From a virus, in the IMG/VR virus record IMGVR_UViG_3300029787_000001, positions 64,001 to 128,000 of that record: a DNA stretch of 64,000 nt. The stretch is one strand, 5' to 3'. The notes beneath the pieces are model-generated. The model made no database searches. It was not told where the DNA came from and saw only the letters and a list, made by a program, of their open reading frames with translations. Of the stretch, positions 53,701 through 61,291 are shown piece after piece. Position 1 is the first letter of the stretch. Each line of letters starts with the position of its first letter. The translations under genes and the position numbers were made by a program.

Positions 53701-56594
53701 ATTCTGTTGCCTCAAGGGCAGGCTTTGCCCAAACAGCTTCTTTAACAAACACCTTTACAGACAATGTCCAACTTTATGGTGGAGAGGCTGCTTGGGAAGC
53801 AGGAGTAAACGCTACAATTAGCGTGAAATCATCTGATGGCTCTTTTACTTCATCTTCACACCCATCGGAACCGTGGTTCGATGAGTATGGCGATTTCAAA
53901 GAAGAATTACTGCTTGCAGCAAAAGATTATTCGGTTATTCCCGAATTCAGAATCTCAGAACATATTTCTGAATATTCTGATGGGGGGATTTTTAATAAAT
54001 CTAACTTTGACACATTTGAAATTCCTGGCACCACCATTAGCAGTTCACAGCAAAATTTCTACAAGGATTACTCCAACTCTGATTTCTTGAGAGAATTTGC
54101 CAACATCAGAGAAAAGTCTGGCTTAAATGCAAAAGAGATAATGCTAACTTGTAAAGCAGCCGTCCGCTTTAATCCTTATGAGGGTTTCTACCCGGCTCAG
54201 AGAACTTTAGATCTAGTTAGCCAATTTTCAAGTTCTTTTGCCGCTGGGATGAACACCGTCTTTGAAGATTCGGGAACCAAGACTTTAAATTTTGCTGAAG
54301 CGACCAACTCGTCAAAAGGCAAAGCCTCTGCTTTTCGCCCTCTTATTCAGCCCCTGTTTGCTCCTGGCATTCTTTACAACTCAATTAAATCTGGAATCGC
54401 AGTAGACTATCCAATAGTGAACACGTCCACCAAAATTTCATCACTAAACTTTTCTGGCTCTGGCGCTGGCGAAAACTGGAGTTTACAGCCTTCAGGAACA
54501 AACATCATCTCTGCCGCCGTAGGAAATCCTGCAACAACAAATGGCTACACTCCAAACTTCGCTTATTGGGATCTCAGAGTCCCATTTGAAACGATGATAG
54601 AGCCTGCAAAATACATTGATAAAATTAGCTTCCTAGATTTTGAACCCAGTCCTTCAGCCTCAATTAATGCTACTGCTTCTTTAGACGCCTCTGTTTCTGA
54701 TGGCATTTACGAACTTATGGCAAGAAACTTTTTTGGTCAGACAGGTGACTTCTTCCTTAAAGATTCTTCTTATACCAAAATTCAGTCTGATCTAATTCAA
54801 GACGGGCTTAATTTCAAACAAAGTGATGTTTTTGCCGCCAGATTAAAAATAAGAAAGTCTCATAATGGCAAGAGATTCTATAACAATGAAAAAGGCTTTG
54901 ATGGCACTAATAGCTACTTCACGCCAAACGGAGCAACCGGATTCGTCGGTAACACAGGCTCTTACACTTTGATAAGTGGTTCAAGCTTCCCGCTGCCACA
55001 AGACCCAGCAAGAAATTCTGATTTCAAAGAAACATTTACAATGTATTCTCGCCCAACAGCATTTGGACCTTCTATAGCTGGAAGACCTACGGCATCCTAC
55101 GAACAAGCAGATCAGAGTGGCTCGATGGATTCACTTGAAGGCTTTAACTGGGCTTACACGCCGCCTTATTACCACGGCGAGTCTTGGGTCGATTTTATCT
55201 TCCGCCCAGCCGCAGACAAAACTTACACACTTGAGGATATTTTAAGTGAAACCGAAGCTGTCTACTGGAGGGTCGATCCCGGCGCCCCAACTGGCTCTAT
55301 CCCCGATGACAGCCCTGCTTTCTACAAAAACCAGAACTTGATGATTCAAAACGGTATTACTCAAAATGGAACTGGTCTTGCAACAACCGAAATTGTTCCA
55401 ATTTACGGCGGCTCAGTGATTAACAAAAACGCGATGCAACTTGACTCATCTCTGAACTTATTCGGTGTTGAGAGAGTGCCCAAGAGGCGTAAAGATAAGT
55501 TTGGCAACACCATTCTAGATGAAAATGAACTTGCAGGTAAGCGCTGGGTTATTCAGCCTAAATGGGAAACCCCAATGCTTAATTTCGCAGAGGTCACCTC
55601 TACCAACAACAACATTACTTATCCAACAAACTTCTCAGAATCTGTCCCACGCGGAATGTGGCATCAATTTGGCAAAATCCCCACTGACACTTCAACTGGT
55701 GTTTTCATGGAAATTGGAGACATCCCATCCGACTGGCTAAAATACCACTACGATGTTGTTAACATGAGTTCTTCTTATAACAATAACGACCCCGCAGGCT
55801 CAGGCTCCACAGCCTACCTTGATTATCAGTCTTTAACAGACCTATTCGGCTTCCAGCGCTCACAGAAAAAAGACAGCGCAAAAGTGCGCCTTGGAGAAAT
55901 TGCCGACAAGAGAGAGGTCTATGAAGCCGTTGTTGCTATTCCCTACATCGTAGAGGCAAACGAGGACTACTCTGGAGATCAAAAGAAAGATGCTATCAAC
56001 CGCAAGAAGTTCGTAAGCATCCCGCGCCAGCGATTTGACGCTGCTCTCTTAAACAGAGAAGGCTCCAAAGATGGCGACTCTCTTGAAACAGCAGGCGAGA
56101 GCATCCGTAAGATGGTCCAGAAGATGAAGCGCTACGTCCTCCCACCTCAGTTTGACTTTATCAACTTTGACGAGATCGACCCGGTTGTAATGTACTTCTT
56201 TGAGTTCAAGTACGAGTTCGACAAAGACGACCTCTCTTACATCTGGCAGAACCTTGCCCCAAGAGACTACAAAAAAATTACATTCCAAGAAGCTTCTGTC
56301 TCTCATGACCTCATGAACACAGAGTTGTTAGAAGAACAAAACATTATTGATAACCCCAACCTACGCTGGATGGTGTTCAAGGTTAAGCAGAAGGCTACCA
56401 AAGACTACTATGATCTCATTCCGCCGCAAATCAAGGCTGCAAGACCTACCACCAATCTTGATAAGCCCGAGACTGATAAGGACGACGAGTATCTACAGTT
56501 CAACTGGCCATATGATTACCTTTCCTTCGTAGAACTAGTTAAGCTTGAGGCTGACGTTCTCTACAAAGATGATCCCGAAGAAGAGACAGAATGA
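47751..56594 (+). CDS. Giant (2947 aa) baseplate/tail protein with LamG/ConA-like domains
   Basis: LamG pattern VEFW...WNHYALT...LYVNG...GAMDEFRFW; wedge/tail-I-like YLFKSKGTHKAVRNVLRAF; second LamG-like block (WNLSVR...VRFWNKNL). Confidence 0.7.
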   Translation: MSIKDLFGKSTNYVSETNQKDAFADTESSRNVKQIVEKQNSFEPQIDYTDPQTFAKYGSAEMYYKSAIDRILDFYPYDGSDAEYNNFYNKSLDIEKFIFNTTYPRTNGFVDFKGTSHISLKGGPHTIAASNTKGLFKDPQSSQRETANIYDEDIYTTEGLPSGYGQGTRESNLKCDFQAGVSVEFWLSSSAISSDNKQAIFHITGSGQDDELTIFLSGTTGSPFHVRLKENSLPNIIDQKIGTTPTTSSILGWNHYALTFKSASAGITSRLYVNGALDAQANLGSRGAGTFEQSGSLGYVASGSATETLLNGAMDEFRFWKVERTAQDIGRNWFGQVRGGSNTDISNTTLGVYYKFNEGITGIAAQDSVVLDYSGRVSNGTFTGYTSTTRNTGSAIVLASAAAKEYLDPIIYANHPDVSALRAGLLATGSIYDSNNNASIGSMMPSWVIDEHESGENNNFKFLMHIVGSYFDKIRLQIAALPDFKTPVYTSSSFKALPFAEHLPASLGLETPQIFVDADVLERFVNRSETENYKFDLNDTKNLIYLNLYNNLTYLFKSKGTHKAVRNVLRAFNIDDKLVRFNTYANNFVYDLENNLQQTTVYDSAVNFNNPSSIGAVVYSTASADSTQLGYISSSNDSKHEDRYGFTLETDVVFPKFIRSIDTFDRNFITASLFGIHSASADSSETTIFNPSIYVFAEREQEYSKNIRFRLSSSLLSTTLTSSNFLGAYNDNQWNLSVRLRPDTFGLTGSVAGVSTSNYILEFTGYNQLLGEIRESFTVTGSVATGSAQDLLHSPKRIYVGAQRTDVTGSLINKTDVLVSAVRFWNKNLDDVTLKQHAFDFENYGIKDSNKHLSPLDNDNSKTVNSNTLVLNYDFSGITTSDTSGEFTVTDISSGSVENRTKFGKLGEISSYLYPAKGKHFGISSKKAVIKKEMNLHQFIDPEKVINDNLVKVRTEDDKLFDTLDTIPNYHYLLEKSMYAAISEEMLNFFAGVVDFHGLIGHPVNQYRMNYKGLEKLREAFFRRVTEVSEVEKFVDYYKWFDDSVSQIIGQLIPASADYTQDILNTIESHTLERNKYQHRIPMMAFTSSTEGVAFGSEEMRYNWNRNHAPVSGLQRENSNWWKERAEREGVISSGDAAVDAARTQIRNVATNQTNGNVGRSFTNTGAKYTRSNFKYRTLSRGQVFESKVAKEIKGGVNFEHNKDVHYTHTALHPAGPVNQDSGVFVPRNVLVGFTEDLVLLEDTADAPENPSAKVKRNILVQHGRDWEGGVGYKSVKSSFVFPFNIVSSSVRSGYNAEVIARVTASIEVTNVHNDVYGPDMERPMQGPFTDYAVGGHQSRHIKLNTGGDNYLNRPEAWKILLGKCSTVTGAIGMVGADYPYPEANAVGENPYPMTGAQKATYYRDQIAKRPVNIRNIEHKTGSTILGNYDHNYQVVHTVGGYSNPRAFIDQQPTLPAVAEGADAVKTILDLERGQNSHFVFVDDYNDGYLTGSGNYKNKTVILSRFSAPGGIESMTNAFKDFRSGDFSVYNTIPFRNMTVRRPFQGVTSSIVPQNTGIRNFDHTGRAFGFTNLAARHAGKFFRDSAFQTNPGASDNASEELASFHKTHRNTLLLATSESCREVYDNLNIQHQIPRSDRQYSWITASIIHNGACEPRYSGFMQTDSPLAPYYEITGNYFPFFDYVSASAATSGIYQNTTRLNLLVLDKTGSTINTLGEPTISGALQTPAEGERLNALLIRRGDTYGWNWRAFHQKDHPILDREHKENLLTALKNQEIKQFRLPPVSMKGRPVIVNMDVGGENVTLKATHNNEKIYFNERELNDLVFQTEDPTITPFDQLINVAQDYSLNWVRYSETLFPSTRNEFSSGSRERLGFDNGFWRGTEAERLTLGSESPNSLGQNPPASVTIPDRSSWALDKPLYPTDTVTFFNRTVSNGSYNYSAKGAAGELQNNDLFLYAVASAEDKLAGIRLGPLYSRKQDITSPNSVASRAGFAQTASLTNTFTDNVQLYGGEAAWEAGVNATISVKSSDGSFTSSSHPSEPWFDEYGDFKEELLLAAKDYSVIPEFRISEHISEYSDGGIFNKSNFDTFEIPGTTISSSQQNFYKDYSNSDFLREFANIREKSGLNAKEIMLTCKAAVRFNPYEGFYPAQRTLDLVSQFSSSFAAGMNTVFEDSGTKTLNFAEATNSSKGKASAFRPLIQPLFAPGILYNSIKSGIAVDYPIVNTSTKISSLNFSGSGAGENWSLQPSGTNIISAAVGNPATTNGYTPNFAYWDLRVPFETMIEPAKYIDKISFLDFEPSPSASINATASLDASVSDGIYELMARNFFGQTGDFFLKDSSYTKIQSDLIQDGLNFKQSDVFAARLKIRKSHNGKRFYNNEKGFDGTNSYFTPNGATGFVGNTGSYTLISGSSFPLPQDPARNSDFKETFTMYSRPTAFGPSIAGRPTASYEQADQSGSMDSLEGFNWAYTPPYYHGESWVDFIFRPAADKTYTLEDILSETEAVYWRVDPGAPTGSIPDDSPAFYKNQNLMIQNGITQNGTGLATTEIVPIYGGSVINKNAMQLDSSLNLFGVERVPKRRKDKFGNTILDENELAGKRWVIQPKWETPMLNFAEVTSTNNNITYPTNFSESVPRGMWHQFGKIPTDTSTGVFMEIGDIPSDWLKYHYDVVNMSSSYNNNDPAGSGSTAYLDYQSLTDLFGFQRSQKKDSAKVRLGEIADKREVYEAVVAIPYIVEANEDYSGDQKKDAINRKKFVSIPRQRFDAALLNREGSKDGDSLETAGESIRKMVQKMKRYVLPPQFDFINFDEIDPVVMYFFEFKYEFDKDDLSYIWQNLAPRDYKKITFQEASVSHDLMNTELLEEQNIIDNPNLRWMVFKVKQKATKDYYDLIPPQIKAARPTTNLDKPETDKDDEYLQFNWPYDYLSFVELVKLEADVLYKDDPEEETE

Positions 56595-57586
56595 AGTTTC
56601 TAAACAAGAAAGAGCAGGTTTTTGACATTCAGCTTACCCCCTATGGTAAGCAGAAGTTGTCTATGGGCAAATTTAACCCAACCTATTATGCGTTCTTTGA
56701 TGATAACGTGCTTTACGACATTAGATATGCACATACTGATGGTGCTGAAGTGCAAAATGATATTCATAAACGCATTAAACAAGAGACCGCTTATCTTGAA
56801 GGGCAGGCAATCTTTAACCAAATTCTTTCCGGCACAACAGTTGCTGGTGGATTGTTTGGGAATGTCACACTAACCCAGGAAGACAACCTCTACACAACAG
56901 ATGCTTTCATTGGTGATGCCCTGCTTCAATCGCAAGAGCAAAATGTAGCACCTGCGTGGAAGGTGATCACAATGCAGGGAACAATCTCCTCATCTATTCC
57001 CACATTCACAGGAAGCCTGTCACCAACCACAATCAATAGGAGCAAAATGGAAGCTGGAATAACACAGGTTAACATTGATGCTCACTACGCGCTTGTGGCA
57101 GAAGAATCTCAGGTCCGTGTTACACTAGAAAACTTAAGAAATGTTCAAGACACTTCACCATTATTTGCCGATGACACCGTTGTTCGCTTGGAACAAAAAG
57201 ATGCACTCATTTATGTGGAAGAGTTAAACACAGAATTGCTCGTTGATAACTTTGATGTTGAGGTGTTTGAGGTGCCCACTGGTGAAGATGCAGAGCTACG
57301 CAGACTTTACTTCAAAAACAAAGTCCCACAAGTTGTAGATGGGATGCTCGTCCACGCGGCACCCGTTGAGAACACCCAAGAGCTAGACAGGGATAGTGTA
57401 GAGTATTATTTCTCAATTGACAAAGACTACCAAATTGATCCAAAGATTGCTTGCAAGTACCTGAACCAGTTCAACACAGAAGACTATTTAATAGACCTAG
57501 ATTTTGACTGTGAAGACATAGAGGGTGAAGACCTCTACTTTGACATCTACGGCAGAGTTACGGAGTCAGAAATATGTCCCGACTAA
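56591..57586 (+). CDS. Probable virion structural protein
   Basis: Coupled ORF in tail module; N-terminal LTPYGKQKL...YYAFFDDNVLYD. Confidence 0.6.
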   Translation: MKFLNKKEQVFDIQLTPYGKQKLSMGKFNPTYYAFFDDNVLYDIRYAHTDGAEVQNDIHKRIKQETAYLEGQAIFNQILSGTTVAGGLFGNVTLTQEDNLYTTDAFIGDALLQSQEQNVAPAWKVITMQGTISSSIPTFTGSLSPTTINRSKMEAGITQVNIDAHYALVAEESQVRVTLENLRNVQDTSPLFADDTVVRLEQKDALIYVEELNTELLVDNFDVEVFEVPTGEDAELRRLYFKNKVPQVVDGMLVHAAPVENTQELDRDSVEYYFSIDKDYQIDPKIACKYLNQFNTEDYLIDLDFDCEDIEGEDLYFDIYGRVTESEICPD

Positions 57587-59832
57587 TCTTTGAAGGTGAC
57601 ACTATAAACCGCTTTGGAAAAAAGATTCCAACTCCGTTTATTGAGAAGATAAAGGTTTTCGAAAGCCAGATTGAAACCGAATTGGCGATCTACCTTCACA
57701 TCACAGACGATGCGATAACCAACGAGCAAATTTATGAAGATTTGAATAATTTGGTTTTGTTTACTCCAGGCGAGCGAAATGGAATCTTAGTGGGAGATTC
57801 TTTTGAAATTGTTGGAGATAGAATTTACAATTCCGAAGCTCAGAGATTTGCAAAACTTTTTTACAAAGAAAGCAAGAATTTTGACTTTGAGCGTTTAGGA
57901 GATAGGGAGCTTTATTATTATTGCTATGTTTCGATCTCAAACGATGAAGACGGAAACCCAAACACCAACTTAAACGAAGTGACTAGGAACACCCTGGTTT
58001 CAGCTATTCAGGCAAACGCCTATGATGAGAGAAAAAATTACTCCTCTCCTTTAGTTTACGAAAAGGTTTTTGATTTTGGTGGATTGCTATCAAACGAGCC
58101 TGTTATAATTTATGAAGATGCGCTTGGTCTCCCTTGTGAATCAGTTCCACTACAATCAATTCAAAAGAACTACTACAAGACAACTGACACATTTCGAGAG
58201 CAATTAAAGGGAGAGATCGATAATCTCGTAGCCTCTTACGGAACGACCGAAAACCAACAATTACAATCGTTTTTAGATAGCACTTCGTTCATAGCGCAGA
58301 CTAAAAGTGAAAATGTTGATTTTATTGTAGAGTTGGATAGAATCCTTAATTCATTCCCCTCCAGAACCAGCACAAGTCAAATTGGAACCTTATACAACAG
58401 ATTGAAAGACATCTTATTTTCAGCAAACGACGCCTTGCTGCTCGGTGAAAGATTACAAAAAAAGCTGGTCCCTAACACAAAATTAATTGATTTGAGAGGC
58501 GGCTTTTCGGGAACAGTTGAAGGGCGAGAATGGGGAAGACGTAATGAGGTTTCCTACGAACCAAGAGTGGATGATAGTGGCGCATTTCTCTACAACACGG
58601 TTTTGATGGAGAGGCAGGAACTAGAAACTAGCGAACTGCTCACAGAGCCAAACTTTAATGTTACCTCTATCTTTGGCTACTTTTTTCTTGACTACGAAAA
58701 AGCCCTTCATGGAAAGAGCAACATCTCTCAGATCTATGAAGTAGAAAAGCTATTAAACATTTTTGGCAATAAAGCTTTAGATTTGTTTTTTCCAATCACA
58801 AAAACAGAAGTCATAAAGTTTAATTCTGATGTCAGAATTAGAACAATCGAGTCTGCCTACTCAAATAATCGACAAGATGGCAACAATGTGACTTTTACGC
58901 CAACCAGAAGCCGACAGGTTGACAAAGTAGTTGTAACTGAAACAGATGGAACCTCAACCACAACTATTCCCTACACTCTGCTGAGAGGGTTTGACCTTGT
59001 TGAAAGTCTTGGCGACTATAGACTGTTAGCTTTTGAGTTTCAAGATTTTGAAGCGTCTACAGAGTCAACTGAAGCAGGGCAATCTTATAGGTTTAACGTC
59101 TACATTGAAGATAGCACGCTTGATTTCTATGAACTGCTCATAGCTCAATTTGAGGCAGCGCTGGATGCTATTAACGATTATTTATCATATGCAAATGAAT
59201 TCTGTAGTTACAACAACATAGATAACAAATTTAATGACTTTTTTGTTGAAGCTATAGAAAATCTGTATGGTTCTCGTTTTCCTTGGTCTGAGGCTGCTAG
59301 AGTTTTCACCATCCATCTTGATCTGATAAACAATGCTTCAGACGGCATAAAAAACATCATCATAGATAACGCACAAAACCAAGCTGACCTAATCTCACCC
59401 AGAAACGGAACCCTGGACGCATTGCAGAATTTTGTGGAAAACATGAACAGCTTTTACGAAAAATATTATGGTGACCAGGGCGAGGTGACAATTCGAATTG
59501 CATCCAGAAGAACTGCTGATGGAACATATGAGCCAAGTCTTCGCGACAACACACAATTTATAGCCACCTTGGGATTTGATGATTTGCCTAACATAGTAGA
59601 CTTCACTGTCGAAAACGTTGTCCAAAGTGACGAAGACGAAGATGACGGAACATCTGATGGTGGTTATGCCGGTAGCGGACGCCCAGCAATTATTGTAGAA
59701 GGTTCTGGACTAAGAGTCACTACGGGTCGTGAAATTACAAGACGCGAGAGTCCTGATGATAGAGAAGGCGGTGAAGTCGGTGTCACCGGCGGCGCCGGCG
59801 GTCTCTCATCAACAACACAAGGAGCATCTTAA
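57574..59832 (+). CDS. Hypothetical protein, probably structural
   Basis: 752-aa ORF in tail module; Gly/acidic disordered C-terminus. Confidence 0.6.
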   Translation: MSRLIFEGDTINRFGKKIPTPFIEKIKVFESQIETELAIYLHITDDAITNEQIYEDLNNLVLFTPGERNGILVGDSFEIVGDRIYNSEAQRFAKLFYKESKNFDFERLGDRELYYYCYVSISNDEDGNPNTNLNEVTRNTLVSAIQANAYDERKNYSSPLVYEKVFDFGGLLSNEPVIIYEDALGLPCESVPLQSIQKNYYKTTDTFREQLKGEIDNLVASYGTTENQQLQSFLDSTSFIAQTKSENVDFIVELDRILNSFPSRTSTSQIGTLYNRLKDILFSANDALLLGERLQKKLVPNTKLIDLRGGFSGTVEGREWGRRNEVSYEPRVDDSGAFLYNTVLMERQELETSELLTEPNFNVTSIFGYFFLDYEKALHGKSNISQIYEVEKLLNIFGNKALDLFFPITKTEVIKFNSDVRIRTIESAYSNNRQDGNNVTFTPTRSRQVDKVVVTETDGTSTTTIPYTLLRGFDLVESLGDYRLLAFEFQDFEASTESTEAGQSYRFNVYIEDSTLDFYELLIAQFEAALDAINDYLSYANEFCSYNNIDNKFNDFFVEAIENLYGSRFPWSEAARVFTIHLDLINNASDGIKNIIIDNAQNQADLISPRNGTLDALQNFVENMNSFYEKYYGDQGEVTIRIASRRTADGTYEPSLRDNTQFIATLGFDDLPNIVDFTVENVVQSDEDEDDGTSDGGYAGSGRPAIIVEGSGLRVTTGREITRRESPDDREGGEVGVTGGAGGLSSTTQGAS

Positions 59833-59835
59833 TAA

Positions 59836-60300
59836 ATGTTAAAACAAAAGAAAGCATCGTTTTTTATAGGCAATGACTCCAAGGTAGTAGATAATTCCTT
59901 ATTAGAGTTTGGCAAATCTCTAGAAAAAAACAAAATAATCAATTCGTCTGAACCAGTTGAGATTCTATCTGCAATTGGCGTGTCGATAGACTTGGGGCTT
60001 CAAAAAGACTTCTCCTTCAAACAAACTCAAAAAAATGAAGAAGCGGTTGCCAATCCCAACATCATAGAGCGAAAGGATTACAAAAAATTCAATAATGAAT
60101 ATGACAAGCCAGACGACAAATTTCCAAATGAAGATGATCCGTTCTACCAACTTGATGATGCCCGTGATCAAAACGAAAAACAAATAACAAAAGAAACACC
60201 AGCTTCCCTAAATGTTTCGCTTGATAGAGTTGCAGATGACATCTTGAGGATCAATCTAGATAATAATAACTCTATTAAACAATTCAGGAGCCAAAGCTAA
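59836..60300 (+). CDS. Hypothetical protein
   Basis: Coupled TAATG to next gene. Confidence 0.55.
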   Translation: MLKQKKASFFIGNDSKVVDNSLLEFGKSLEKNKIINSSEPVEILSAIGVSIDLGLQKDFSFKQTQKNEEAVANPNIIERKDYKKFNNEYDKPDDKFPNEDDPFYQLDDARDQNEKQITKETPASLNVSLDRVADDILRINLDNNNSIKQFRSQS

Positions 60301-61289
60301 TGGCTAAAATAAAATCTGCCACTACTACCGCCGGTCGCATTTCTCGTGAGACTCTCGGCAGCACTGTTGGCAAAGCTGCTTCTACCGCCGCCCCACCGAG
60401 CACCGCTACTACGCAAACCTTGGAAAGTCTGCGTCGCTCTGTCTCTGCGTCTAGCCAGGGTACAAGCCAGGGCAGCAGCAAACCTAGCCAATATGGTGGC
60501 GGACAAGAGGCAGCCCGGCAACAAGCACGAGAAAGAATGGCTACTCGCCGGCGCGGCGGTAGCCGAACTGATGATGTTTTGCGTGAAGAATTTACTCGTG
60601 TCCAAGAAGCCATTGAGGAAGAAATTGAGGAAAGAGAAGATATCCTTGGTGCCAGTGGGGGCAGTTCTGATGACACAATTGTTGTTGGTGACGACTCGGA
60701 TGAGGAAATCCAAGTCATAGGAAGCATTCAAATCTATGCCAGGATTTCAGATTCAGCAATTTCTGATGGCTACATTCAATTTTTAGGTTTAACTCCAATC
60801 GGATTAAATCGCCCCGCAAACGCCAATGAAGCTCAATATGTTGAAAACAACGAAGCAATAAATGGCTTCATAGCCTTCAGGACTTTGAGAGTTACAACAG
60901 GCAGTCCCCCAGACACGTCAACTATTAGAGATTTTTATTTTTTGACCTCAATGCCGACACCATCTTTGGACATGTCTACGAAAAAATACTCTTATTCTCC
61001 CGAAGAAGAGACGTTTGTTAACTCTAGACTGGCGACCGGCGAGCGCGAAGCCCTCGGAATTGATGGGATAACAAATGCGATAGAATCATTTTTCCAAATC
61101 AACGAAACTGCTAGATTCGAAGGTTCAATTGTAACAAACAGATTTGAAAGCACAAAGAAAATAAAACTTTCGGCATTCCCGCCTGATGCTCCTGTGCTGC
61201 CGCCAATAGAGCCGACCACTTCCACCGGCTCTAGCACAACAACTTCAGGCGGCTCTAGCACAACAACTTCAGCCGGATCTAGTTATTAA
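60300..61289 (+). CDS. Ser/Thr-rich low-complexity protein, probably virion-associated
   Basis: S/T/G-rich N- and C-terminal tracts flanking a small folded core. Confidence 0.6.
   Translation: MAKIKSATTTAGRISRETLGSTVGKAASTAAPPSTATTQTLESLRRSVSASSQGTSQGSSKPSQYGGGQEAARQQARERMATRRRGGSRTDDVLREEFTRVQEAIEEEIEEREDILGASGGSSDDTIVVGDDSDEEIQVIGSIQIYARISDSAISDGYIQFLGLTPIGLNRPANANEAQYVENNEAINGFIAFRTLRVTTGSPPDTSTIRDFYFLTSMPTPSLDMSTKKYSYSPEEETFVNSRLATGEREALGIDGITNAIESFFQINETARFEGSIVTNRFESTKKIKLSAFPPDAPVLPPIEPTTSTGSSTTTSGGSSTTTSAGSSY
61225..61282 (+). repeat. 24-nt tandem repeat (2 copies + partial) encoding GSSTTTS repeats
   Basis: ccggctctagcacaacaacttcag / gcggctctagcacaacaacttcag / ccggatctag. Confidence 0.9.
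61279..61285 (+). promoter_or_regulatory. CTANTTA motif (candidate phage late promoter)
   Basis: CTAGTTA 6 nt before ATG 61292. Confidence 0.4.
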
Positions 61290-61291
61290 CA

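Noticed and set aside
60284-60731. Overlapping 147-aa (-), 144-aa (+) and 124-aa (+) ORFs
   Set aside because: Alternative frames of a low-complexity GC-richer segment of the 60300-61289 gene
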